Of a stretch of DNA of 43,714 nucleotides, positions 11,997-20,445 are shown one piece after another. The notes beneath the pieces are model-generated. The model was not told the DNA's origin and did no database searches. It worked only from the letters and a program-made list of their open reading frames with translations. A program made the position numbers and the translations under genes. The DNA lies in NCBI GenBank assembly GCA_017554565.1, contig JAFZID010000197.1, positions 1-43,714 on the forward strand, written 5' to 3'. The DNA is from a bacterium (GTDB lineage: Bacteria; Auribacterota; UBA3054). Position 1 is the stretch's first letter; each line of letters begins with the position of its first letter.

Positions 11997-12559
11997 TTGT
12001 TACCTCCGTAGATGATCTCTTCCAATTCACTGGCGGCCCGGTCGGCGTCGTCGTTCACGACGACGTGGTCGAACCAGACGCTCTCCGCCATCTCGCTTTT
12101 GGCTTTGGCTAATCTTCTCAAAATAACTTCTTCGCTATCCGTGGCGCGGCCTCTTAATCTTCTCTCCAGCTCCTCAAAGGAAGGCGGCATGATGAAGACG
12201 AGGTGCGCTTCCGGCATTTTTTCGTGGACGGATCTGGCGCCCTGGACGTCGATGTCCAGAAGCACGTAGTAGCCCTCCTTGAGCTGCCGTTCCACCGCTT
12301 CCCTGGGCGTGCCGTAGTAGTTGCCATGCACTGTGGCGTGCTCCAGGAAGCGGTCCTCCTTGAGCCAGGTCTGGAAAGTCTCCTGGGTTAGGAAAAAGTA
12401 ATCCTTCCCCTCCGTTTCGCCGACTCTTGGCGGCCGCGTGGTCGCGGAGACGGAGAAGCGAAGGTCGTCGTGCCTAGCCATGAGCTTGGCGACGATGGTG
12501 GATTTTCCCGCGCCGGAAGGACCGGTCAGGACAAAGGCTCTGCACTTTGGATCAGCCAT
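11993..12559 (-). CDS. gmk: Guanylate kinase
   Basis: GPSGAGKST, SVSATTRPPR.GE..GKDYFF, YYGT and LDIDVQGA. Confidence 0.96.
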   Translation of the reverse strand: MADPKCRAFVLTGPSGAGKSTIVAKLMARHDDLRFSVSATTRPPRVGETEGKDYFFLTQETFQTWLKEDRFLEHATVHGNYYGTPREAVERQLKEGYYVLLDIDVQGARSVHEKMPEAHLVFIMPPSFEELERRLRGRATDSEEVILRRLAKAKSEMAESVWFDHVVVNDDADRAASELEEIIYGGNK

Positions 12560-13068
12560 TACTGCTTTTTCGTTTTGGTCGTCTTTTTGGCCGCGGGCTT
12601 TTTGGCCGCGGTCTTGGCGGCGGGTTTTCTCCCGGGCTTTTTGGGGGCGGGCTTTTCTTCCTCGGGTTCTGCCTTTTTGGGCGCGGCTTTCTTGGCCGGG
12701 ACCAGGTCTTCGAAGAAGGTCTCCCTGTTGGCCCAGATCTCCTCGATGTTGTATTCCGCCCTGGCTTCTTCCGTGAAGAGGTGGACGATTACGTCGACAA
12801 GGTCGACCGCCACCCAGTTGTTGCCGGAGAGCGTTTCGTCCGCGCTGTAGGGCTTGACGCCCATGTTTTTGAGCTCTTTCAGAAGGTTCTGGCCGGCCGC
12901 CTGCATCTGCCTTTCGTTCCTGACGGAACCGACGATGAAGAAGTCCGTGATGGGAGAGAAGCCTCTGACGTCATAGATCTTGATGTCGCTGACCTGCTTG
13001 TCTTCCAAAAGCTTGCGGTAGGTGAAAACGATCTCGGGGAGGTTGGGATTTTTTGCGGTTTTTGCCAT
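12559..13068 (-). CDS. rsfS: Ribosome silencing factor RsfS (Iojap) with Lys/Ala/Pro-rich C-terminal tail
   Basis: LEDKQVSDI..YDV, TDFFIV and WVAVDL.DVIVHLF..E.R..YNIEEIW; directly downstream of nadD. Confidence 0.9.
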   Translation of the reverse strand: MAKTAKNPNLPEIVFTYRKLLEDKQVSDIKIYDVRGFSPITDFFIVGSVRNERQMQAAGQNLLKELKNMGVKPYSADETLSGNNWVAVDLVDVIVHLFTEEARAEYNIEEIWANRETFFEDLVPAKKAAPKKAEPEEEKPAPKKPGRKPAAKTAAKKPAAKKTTKTKKQ

Positions 13069-13069
13069 G

Positions 13070-14305
13070 TTATTTTCCTGTATAAAGTTTTTTCGCCTGG
13101 ATAAGTTTCCAAACGTTGGAAGGAATATTCTTCTTATCTATCTTACCTTCTTTTAACTTTTGACGCAAAGCCGTGGAAGAAACAGCCGTGGCGGGACCTT
13201 TTATCAGGAGGTCTCCGGCTTTTATTTTCGCTATCTCTCCCTTGCGCTGGTAAACGGCCAGCTTTGCCAGTTTCTTGATTTTAGCGGGTTCGCGCCAGGT
13301 CCCAAAACCCAGGTAATTGTCGGAGCCCAGAAGGAAGTAGAGCTCGCAGGGCGCGAAGCGTTTTTTCAGCGTTTGCAGCGTTTCCACGGTGTAGGAAACG
13401 CCGCCTCTAGTGAGTTCGCAGCGCTCCAGACGAAAGGCGGGATCCTTCTTCAGCGCCGCGTTTATGAGCTCGCAGCGGGCTTCGTTGTCGGCGTAGATCT
13501 TGTCCTTTTTGTGCGGCGCCTGATAGGCCGGCACGAAAAGCAAAAGATCGAGTCCGAGCTGTAATTTCGCCCTTCTGGCGATGGCGATGTGCGTCTTGTG
13601 GACGGGGTCGAAGGAGCCGCCGAAGACGCCGATCTTCAGTTTGCCCCTGAAGGGCTTCAGAAGTTTCGCGATGTCTCTTGTCTTCTCGGCGTAGAGCTCC
13701 GGTTTGTAGGGCGCGACGTCGGCTTTGTCCCGGAAGCCCCAGGCCACCGCCATTACGGGGATCTTAGCGTTCCTGGCGGTCTGCATGTCCACTTCGGAGT
13801 CGCCGATGTAGATCGCTTCTTCGGGTTTGGCGTCAAGCTGCTTCAGGGCTTCCCAGACGGCGTCGGGAGCGGGCTTCCTGCTCCTCCCCTCCTTGTCGCC
13901 CAATGCGACGTCCCAAAGCGAGGGGAAAAAGCGCTTGGCCAGTTTTCTGACGGCGCGCTCCGGTTTGTTGGAGACGATGGCAACTTTGAAGCCAAGGTCC
14001 CTTAGTTTTTTCAGCTCTTCTATGATCCCGGCATAGGGCCTGGTCTTCACGACGGTATGCGCCGCGTAGTAGCGGCGCATATCCGCCAGTATTTCCGGAT
14101 ACTCCGGATCCAGGAGGCCTTTCTTTAGCGAGCGCTCCACGAGTTTGCCCACGCCGTTGCCAACGTAGCGGCGAGCCTCGCCGAGCGTTATAGGAGGCCT
14201 CTTGTGTTTGCTCAAAGCGAAATTGACGGCGGTCTGGAGATCGACGAGGGTGTCTAAAAGCGTCCCGTCAAGATCGAAGACCGCGCATTTGATGGTCTTG
14301 CCCAT
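13070..14305 (-). CDS. nadD: Fusion of a HAD-family (Gph-like) phosphatase and nicotinate-nucleotide adenylyltransferase
   Basis: N-half: FDLDGTLLDT, VSNK, KPAPD, YIGDSEVD. C-half: GVFGGSFDPVHKTH, APHK, SYTVETL, FLLGSD, VSST..R. No stop between the halves; start at 14305 overlaps the upstream stop. Confidence 0.9.
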   Translation of the reverse strand: MGKTIKCAVFDLDGTLLDTLVDLQTAVNFALSKHKRPPITLGEARRYVGNGVGKLVERSLKKGLLDPEYPEILADMRRYYAAHTVVKTRPYAGIIEELKKLRDLGFKVAIVSNKPERAVRKLAKRFFPSLWDVALGDKEGRSRKPAPDAVWEALKQLDAKPEEAIYIGDSEVDMQTARNAKIPVMAVAWGFRDKADVAPYKPELYAEKTRDIAKLLKPFRGKLKIGVFGGSFDPVHKTHIAIARRAKLQLGLDLLLFVPAYQAPHKKDKIYADNEARCELINAALKKDPAFRLERCELTRGGVSYTVETLQTLKKRFAPCELYFLLGSDNYLGFGTWREPAKIKKLAKLAVYQRKGEIAKIKAGDLLIKGPATAVSSTALRQKLKEGKIDKKNIPSNVWKLIQAKKLYTGK

Positions 14306-15270
14306 CAATTCCACCAGAGCTCGCCCTCCATCTTCTGCCTGATCATATTGCGCTGCAGGAAACTTATGGCGCTCTCAAGGCCTTCCTTGGGCGTCATCAG
14401 GCTGTCTTCGTGCTCGATGGAGAGGGCGTAGTCGTAGCCCTCCATCCTGAGAGCGCCGAAGATCTGCTTCCACTGCTGTTCGCTCATGCCGTGGCCGACG
14501 GTCCTGAAGAGCCAGGCGCGGTCTCTTTCCTTGTCGAAGGGCTTCGTTTCCAGAACGCCCGTGCGGTTTGCGACCTCCGGGTGCATCTCCGTGTCCTTGG
14601 CGTGGAAGAAGTGGATCGCTTTGCCGAGGTAGCGGATGACGGAAACGATGTCCATGCCCTGCCAGATGAGGTGCGAGGGGTCAAGGTTGGCGCCTATGAT
14701 GTCGCCCACCGCCGCTCTCAAACGGAGCAGGCTGTCAGGATTGTAAACGCAGAAGCCGGGATGCATTTCCAGGGCGACGTATTTGACGCCTCCCTCTTCG
14801 GCGATCTTGGCGGCCTTCTGCCAATAAGGGATCAAAACTTCGTTCCACTGGTAGTCCAGGACTTTCCGGTACTCGGTGGGCCAGGTGCAGGTCACCCAGT
14901 TGGGCTGGTCGCCCTTGCCGTCGCCGGGACAGCCGGAGAAGGTCACCAGATGATCGACGCCCAGTTGTCCGCAGAGCTCGCAGGCCGCCTCGTAGTCCTC
15001 TTCGAACTTCGCGGCGATCTCGGGGTTGGGATGTACGCAGTTGCCGTGGACGGAGAGGCAGACCAGCTTTATCTGGTGCTTCTCGAAGGTGTCCAGGAGT
15101 TCCTGCCGGGCCTTCGGATCTTTCACGAGCTTTTTCGCGTCCGCGTGCGCCGTGCCGGGATAACCGCCGACGCCCAGCTCCATGGCCTCGACGCCCAGGC
15201 CCTTCAGGTACGCGAGGGCGGCGTCCAGGCTCATGTCAGCCAGAGCGGGACTGAATACGCACAGTTGCAT
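14305..15270 (-). CDS. Sugar phosphate isomerase/epimerase (xylose-isomerase-like TIM barrel, IolE-like)
   Basis: ELGVGGYPG..H, FSGCPG, LEMHPGF, NLDPSHL.WQG, HAKDT and SIEHED. Confidence 0.88.
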   Translation of the reverse strand: MQLCVFSPALADMSLDAALAYLKGLGVEAMELGVGGYPGTAHADAKKLVKDPKARQELLDTFEKHQIKLVCLSVHGNCVHPNPEIAAKFEEDYEAACELCGQLGVDHLVTFSGCPGDGKGDQPNWVTCTWPTEYRKVLDYQWNEVLIPYWQKAAKIAEEGGVKYVALEMHPGFCVYNPDSLLRLRAAVGDIIGANLDPSHLIWQGMDIVSVIRYLGKAIHFFHAKDTEMHPEVANRTGVLETKPFDKERDRAWLFRTVGHGMSEQQWKQIFGALRMEGYDYALSIEHEDSLMTPKEGLESAISFLQRNMIRQKMEGELWWN

Positions 15271-15279
15271 AAGGTCTCC

Positions 15280-16380
15280 TTATTTCTTCGTGGCTTTCTG
15301 TTTTTTGAAGTAATAGGGCTTGCCGGTCTTGGCGGATTCGTAGATGCCTTCCAGGATCTGCGTGACGACGTAGGCCTGTTCGGCTTTGACCACCAGTTCG
15401 CCCTTGCCGAGGACAGCCTGCGTGAAGACGCGGGCTTCCCTGTCTTCCGAAGTCTCGGAGTGGCCGTCGTAGAAAGCGACGCCGCTGGCTTTGAGGTCGG
15501 GTTTCAGGACGTAGCGGGCGTTGTTCTTGATGCCGTTGATCCTGAGTCCGTCCTTCATGTCGGCGCCGGCAAGCGTTCCGCTGAATTCCGTGCAGGCTTC
15601 GCCGGTACTGAGGGTGTTGAGGGCCCAGCTGGATTCCACGATGATGGTGGCGCCGTTCTTCATGACGACGAAACCGAAGGCGCTGTCTTCCACGGTGAAT
15701 TTCTTGGGATCCCAGTCGCCCCAGGCGTTGCCCTGGTCAGTCTGCTTGTTGAGCTTGTGGTACGTCGTGCCGACGGCGTAGGCGGGCTCGTAGTTGTTGA
15801 GCATGTAGAGCGTCAGGTCGAGGGTGTGCGTCGCAATGTCGATCAAGGGTCCGCCGCCCTGCTGCTTCTCATCCAGGAAGACGCCCCAGGTGGGGACGGC
15901 TCTGCGCCTGATGGCCTGGGCCTTGGCGTAGTAGATGTCGCCGAAGGTGCCTTTTTCGCATTCCTTCTTCAAAAAGATGGCCTGAGGAGTGTAGCGGCTC
16001 TGGTAGCCTATTGTGAGGATGCGTTTATATTTCTTGGCGGCGTCCAGCATTTTCTTCGCTTCCTTAGAATTGATGGCCATGGGCTTTTCGCACATGACGT
16101 GCTTGCCGGCTTTCATGGCGTCCACGGAAATGAAGCTGTGGGCGAGGTTCGGGGTCAGGACCAGGACCGCCTCGATCGTTTTGTCTTTCAGGAGTTCCTT
16201 GTAGTCCTTGTAAACTTTTGCGCCGGGAACGCCGTATTCCTTGGCGGCCTTTTCCGCTCTCTCCACGATGATGTCGCAGAAAGCGACCAATTCGGAATCA
16301 GGATTGTGCTTGTGGGCCGGAAGGTGTTTGCCGTTGGCGATGCCGCCGCAACCGATGACGCCGATGCGAACTTTTTTCAT
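15280..16380 (-). CDS. Gfo/Idh/MocA family NAD(P) oxidoreductase
   Basis: GVIGCGGIA, HVMCEKPMA and GGGPLIDIATH. Start MKKVRIG at 16380 with a GGAG RBS. Confidence 0.92.
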   Translation of the reverse strand: MKKVRIGVIGCGGIANGKHLPAHKHNPDSELVAFCDIIVERAEKAAKEYGVPGAKVYKDYKELLKDKTIEAVLVLTPNLAHSFISVDAMKAGKHVMCEKPMAINSKEAKKMLDAAKKYKRILTIGYQSRYTPQAIFLKKECEKGTFGDIYYAKAQAIRRRAVPTWGVFLDEKQQGGGPLIDIATHTLDLTLYMLNNYEPAYAVGTTYHKLNKQTDQGNAWGDWDPKKFTVEDSAFGFVVMKNGATIIVESSWALNTLSTGEACTEFSGTLAGADMKDGLRINGIKNNARYVLKPDLKASGVAFYDGHSETSEDREARVFTQAVLGKGELVVKAEQAYVVTQILEGIYESAKTGKPYYFKKQKATKK

Positions 16381-16409
16381 TTTTATCTCCTTTTTTGGGG
16401 TGTTATTTT

Positions 16410-17144
16410 TTAATTGCTTTTTTCGATGGGTTCCAGAGGCTGCACGTTGGGGCAGTCGATCTCCGTGAGCCATTTGTCAGGCTTCACGAATTCGGCGATG
16501 TTCGTCAAAAGCTTCTGGATCTTGGGATCCTGGTAAACGGGGTAGGTCTCGTGTCCGGGCTGGAAGTAAATGACTTTGCCGTAGTAGCGCTTGAAGAAAG
16601 CGATGGAGCGGAAGACTTCGCCGCCCTGGAACCAGCCGATGGCGAGCAGCCTGTCGGGCTGCGGGATGCCAAAGGGTTCGCCGTACATTTCTTCGTGAGG
16701 GATCTCGAGGTATTCGCCCTCCAAGCCTTCGAAGATCTGGTGGTTGGGCTCCACGAACCACAGTCTTTCCTTTTCGGCCACTTCCCTCCACTTCAGCGTG
16801 CAGGGGCCGCCCACCAGGGAGCGGAAGGGTTTGGAAAGATGCGCACTGTGGAGGAAAACGATGCCCATGCCTTTCCAGACGCGGCGCACGATCTTCTTGA
16901 CGAGTTCGTCGGAAACTTTGCCGTGATAGCAGTGTCCCCACCAGAAGAGCACGTCGGTGGATTTCAGGATCTCGTCCGTCAGCTGCTGGCCGTCGTCGCC
17001 TTCATTCTGCAGAACGACCGTGGTCTTGTTGCCGGCCTTTTCCAAAAAAGCCGCGATGGTCTCGCCCATGCCGATGGGGTAGGCTTCCTTGACTCGGCCT
17101 TCGCGCATCTGCTTGTAGTTTTCGCACCAGACTGTGATGTTCAT
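16410..17144 (-). CDS. thuA: ThuA-domain (trehalose utilization) protein
   Basis: TVWCE, YP.GM, WWGH..H, LHSAH.SK, EEMYGEPF.IP.PD, WF.GGEVFRS and YFQPGHETYP. Confidence 0.9.
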   Translation of the reverse strand: MNITVWCENYKQMREGRVKEAYPIGMGETIAAFLEKAGNKTTVVLQNEGDDGQQLTDEILKSTDVLFWWGHCYHGKVSDELVKKIVRRVWKGMGIVFLHSAHLSKPFRSLVGGPCTLKWREVAEKERLWFVEPNHQIFEGLEGEYLEIPHEEMYGEPFGIPQPDRLLAIGWFQGGEVFRSIAFFKRYYGKVIYFQPGHETYPVYQDPKIQKLLTNIAEFVKPDKWLTEIDCPNVQPLEPIEKSN

Positions 17145-17167
17145 AATGTTCCCCCGAAAAGTTTGTG

Positions 17168-18220
17168 TTAAAAATCTATCTCGACCACTTTGTTTTCCGC
17201 GGCGGATTTGGCGGCCGCGGTCATGATCTTAAGAACGCGCAGGACTTCCCAGTTCTTGACATAGGGGTCCTCCTCTTTGTGCATCGCCTTGATGAAGTGC
17301 TTGTAGAAAGCGAAGGGTTCGGGCTTCACTATTTCAAGCGGCAGCGTCTCCACCGTGTCGTGCGGACGGTACGCCATCGTTTTCGTGAAACCGTTGCCGG
17401 CTTTGATGCCGGTTATCTCCCTGGGTTTTTCAGTGTAGATGGGACGGACCATCTTGCCGTTCAAGTCCCAATCCTCCACCACCGCCGTGCCGTCGTGGCC
17501 GTAAACAACCCAGCGGGGCAGCGGCGTGAAGCAGTTGGTGTCAACCACCACTTCGATGCACTTGTTGCCGCTGAAAACCATTTCAAGCTTGAAAGCGTCG
17601 TCGCAGTCGTAGCCCGCTTCGTAAGAGTACTGGCAGTAAAGGTGCAGAAGCTTTTCCTTCATCATGAACATGATCTGGTCGATCATGTGCACGCCCCAGT
17701 CCAGCATCATGCCGCCGCCTTTTATCTTCTCGCATCTCCAGCCGCCGGGAACGCCGTTGGCGCCCTGGACTCGCGATTCTATGCGGCCGATGGGGCCCAG
17801 GAGATTCTTCTCGTAAATGTTTTTCACAATGAGGTAGTCTTCGTCCCAGCGCCTGTTCTGATGCACCATCAGAAGCGTTCCGCATTCGTCGGCGGTCTCC
17901 GCCATATCCTCGAAAAGACTGGGGTTGATGGCGGCGGGCTTTTCGCAGATGACGCCTTTGCCCGCTTTGGCGCAGGCCTTGGCGTAGAAGGGATGCCAGT
18001 CGTTGGGAGTCGCGATCAAAACGGCTTCCAGCTCAGGATCGGAGAGCATTTCCTCGTAAGTCTTGTAAACGTACAGTCCGTTTTCAACCGCTCTCTTCTG
18101 GCTCTTGGGATCGATATCGTAAATGCCTTTCGCTTCGATGATGCCGCTCTTGGCCATATGCTTGACATGGTATCCGCCCATGCCGCCGTAACCGATGACG
18201 CCGATCTTTACCGTGCTCAT
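17168..18220 (-). CDS. Gfo/Idh/MocA family oxidoreductase
   Basis: GVIGYGGMG, IATPN..H, CEKP, HQNRRWD.D and GGGMMLDWGVH. Confidence 0.92.
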   Translation of the reverse strand: MSTVKIGVIGYGGMGGYHVKHMAKSGIIEAKGIYDIDPKSQKRAVENGLYVYKTYEEMLSDPELEAVLIATPNDWHPFYAKACAKAGKGVICEKPAAINPSLFEDMAETADECGTLLMVHQNRRWDEDYLIVKNIYEKNLLGPIGRIESRVQGANGVPGGWRCEKIKGGGMMLDWGVHMIDQIMFMMKEKLLHLYCQYSYEAGYDCDDAFKLEMVFSGNKCIEVVVDTNCFTPLPRWVVYGHDGTAVVEDWDLNGKMVRPIYTEKPREITGIKAGNGFTKTMAYRPHDTVETLPLEIVKPEPFAFYKHFIKAMHKEEDPYVKNWEVLRVLKIMTAAAKSAAENKVVEIDF

Positions 18221-18289
18221 AGTTTTTTAGTTTTTTCTCCTTGCTTTTTTGTTTTTGATTATTGTTTATATTTTATTAAATTTTCTTTT

Positions 18290-19207
18290 CTAGCTCATGG
18301 CGCGCAGCCTCGCCACTCTTTTCGCGATGGGCGGGTGGGTGGAGAAGAGCGAATCGGCGCTGAAAAAGGATTTCTTAAAAGGCTCCGCGATATAGAGCGC
18401 TCTGGTGGCGCCGGAGGCGCCCTTCACTTCCCCGGGATCGCCGGCTATCTTTTCCAAAGCCCGGGCCAATCCTTCGGGATTCCTGGTGAGGGAGACGGCC
18501 CCGGCGTCCGCCAGATACTCCCTTTCCCGGGATATGGCCAGCTGCACGATGGCGGAAAGAATGGGGGCGAAGATCATCAGCGCCAGGCACAATACCAATA
18601 TCAGCGCCTGCCCCTGCCCGGCTTTCCTGGAGGAGGACCGCCGGCTTCCTCCAAAGAGCATGAAGCGCCAGGCGAAGCGGGCGATCATGGCCACCGCGCC
18701 CACCAGGACGCAGACCAGGGTGGAGAAAAGAATATCGTAATGCCTGATGTGGGAAAGCTCGTGGGCGATGACGCCCTGCAGTTCGTCGCGGTTCAGTTTT
18801 TGAAGAAGACCTCTGGTGACCGCCACCGCGCTGTCCTTGGGATTCCTGCCGGTGGCGAAGGCGTTGGGCGCCGCTTCCTCCATGATGTAAACCTTCGGCA
18901 TGGGGAGGCCGCCGGCGATGGTCATCTCCTCCACCACGTTGTAAAGCTGTTTCTCAACTTTGGGATCCGCCTCTCTCGCTCCGCTCAGCGCCATGACGGC
19001 CGCGCTTCCCTTGAAATATCCGAAGAGGATATATACCGCAACGAAGACCAGGGAAAGAAAAATAATGAAGCCCTGCTCCTCGGGCGGGAAGAGTGCGGAA
19101 AGCGCCAGGCAGAAAGCCGTCAGAAGGATCGCCAGAAGCGCGACGAAGAAAACGGATTTCCGCTTGTTGGCTGCGATGCAGTCCCGGATGCTTTTCCTTT
19201 CCGCCAT
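18290..19207 (-). CDS. htpX: HtpX-like M48 zinc metalloprotease
   Basis: PNAFATG, AVT.GLL, HELSH, SREREYLADA and FSTHPP. Confidence 0.93.
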   Translation of the reverse strand: MAERKSIRDCIAANKRKSVFFVALLAILLTAFCLALSALFPPEEQGFIIFLSLVFVAVYILFGYFKGSAAVMALSGAREADPKVEKQLYNVVEEMTIAGGLPMPKVYIMEEAAPNAFATGRNPKDSAVAVTRGLLQKLNRDELQGVIAHELSHIRHYDILFSTLVCVLVGAVAMIARFAWRFMLFGGSRRSSSRKAGQGQALILVLCLALMIFAPILSAIVQLAISREREYLADAGAVSLTRNPEGLARALEKIAGDPGEVKGASGATRALYIAEPFKKSFFSADSLFSTHPPIAKRVARLRAMS

Positions 19208-19219
19208 TTGCCGTCCTTT

Positions 19220-19762
19220 TTAGAACTTCACTTTGGGAGCCGCTTCTTCGGCTTCCGAGATCTGGAAGTATTCGTAAGGCTTGAAAGAAAAGATCTTCGC
19301 GATGATGACGCTGGGAAAACTTTCGCAGCGGGTGTTGAAGGAAAGAATGCTGTCGTTGTAATGCTGCCTGGCGAAAGCCACCTTGTTTTCAGTGGACGTC
19401 AGCTCTTCCTGCAGGGAGAGCATGTTGGCGTTGGCTTTCAGTTCCGGGTATCTCTCCACCACCGCCAGAAGTCCGTGCAGCGAGCTTGTCAGCTTGTTTT
19501 CCGCGGCCACGGAATCGCGGACATCCTTGGCGTTCAGGGCCTGGTTGCGGGCTTCTATCACTTTTTCCAGCGTTTCCTTTTCGTACTGCATGTAGCCTTT
19601 GACGCACTCCACCAGATTGGGGATCAGTTCATGGCGTCTTTTAAGCTGCACCGAGATCTGGCCCCAGGCGTTTTTTATCTCGTTTGAACCGCGGATAAAA
19701 CCGTTGTAAGTAATGACGATCCACGCAGCGACGATCGCCAGCACGACAATGCCGATAAACAT
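19220..19762 (-). CDS. lemA: LemA family protein
   Basis: N-terminal TM, AW.QI.VQLKRR..LIPNLV, E.YPELKAN, ENKVAFARQ.YN and FPS. Confidence 0.95.
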   Translation of the reverse strand: MFIGIVVLAIVAAWIVITYNGFIRGSNEIKNAWGQISVQLKRRHELIPNLVECVKGYMQYEKETLEKVIEARNQALNAKDVRDSVAAENKLTSSLHGLLAVVERYPELKANANMLSLQEELTSTENKVAFARQHYNDSILSFNTRCESFPSVIIAKIFSFKPYEYFQISEAEEAAPKVKF

Positions 19763-19935
19763 AACTGTCCTTGGTTTTTTATTACTTAAATTTCTTAATT
19801 ATTGTAGCAAATCCCGGCGGCCTTAAAAAGCCCGGGCGGCCTTTGGTTTTCGGTGAACTTTTCGCTTCGCCCCCAAGCCTCTCCGGCCGCGGCGGCCTCT
19901 TTTTTGGTTTCCGCCCGTCCGGCGCGGCTCCCAAA

Positions 19936-19993
19936 AGTGGATAATTCGCTTTTTCCACATTTTTATCAACAGGTTGTTTACATGTTATCCACA
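19936..19993. promoter_or_regulatory. DnaA-box cluster upstream of dnaA (oriC part 1)
   Basis: Perfect TTATCCACA at 19985-19993. One-mismatch boxes: AGTGGATAA 19936-19944, TTTTCCACA 19951-19959, TTATCAACA 19963-19971. Confidence 0.85.
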
Positions 19994-20445
19994 AGAGGTA
20001 TGTCCTCTTTTGCCCGACCTTTGCCCAAGCTTCGGAAGAGCGCCGCGAGCTTCCCCGGAAAGAGATCCGGACCCGCTTCCCGCCCGCCTTTTCGGCGTTT
20101 TTTGCTCTTCGGATAAATTTAAATTTTAAAGGTATTTACGCTTTGCTTTTCCTCCTCCCTTGCTTTTCTCGGTCCGGTTTGGTAGAGTGTTACCCGTGCC
20201 TTTTATCAGACCTAGGAAAGCGTTTTCTTTCGGCCGAGATATTAACAGCCTTTTGAAACTTTTCCAAAAAACCGTCTTTACAAACGCGGGGGTTTTTGAT
20301 AAAGTGGTGCCGTTCTTTTTTTGCGAAAAAAGCAAAAGAGGACCCCAAACGAGCGCGGTGCTCTCTTTGGTGTGTGTGACCATAAAATTGAAATAATCGC
20401 TTCCCTTCGGGGGATCGTTATAACTTTATTCGTGTAAGGTTTTTT

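Noticed and set aside
14410-19687. 667-aa and 840-aa plus-strand ORFs
   Set aside because: Antisense to well-supported genes (epimerase, Gfo, htpX, lemA); no recognisable motifs.
19782-20396. Short ORFs or an rpmH gene upstream of dnaA
   Set aside because: No L34-like MKRT(F/Y)QP sequence. The 70-aa ORF starts within DnaA boxes (WIT/VDK translations). GC-rich partial repeats here did not give a convincing RNA structure.
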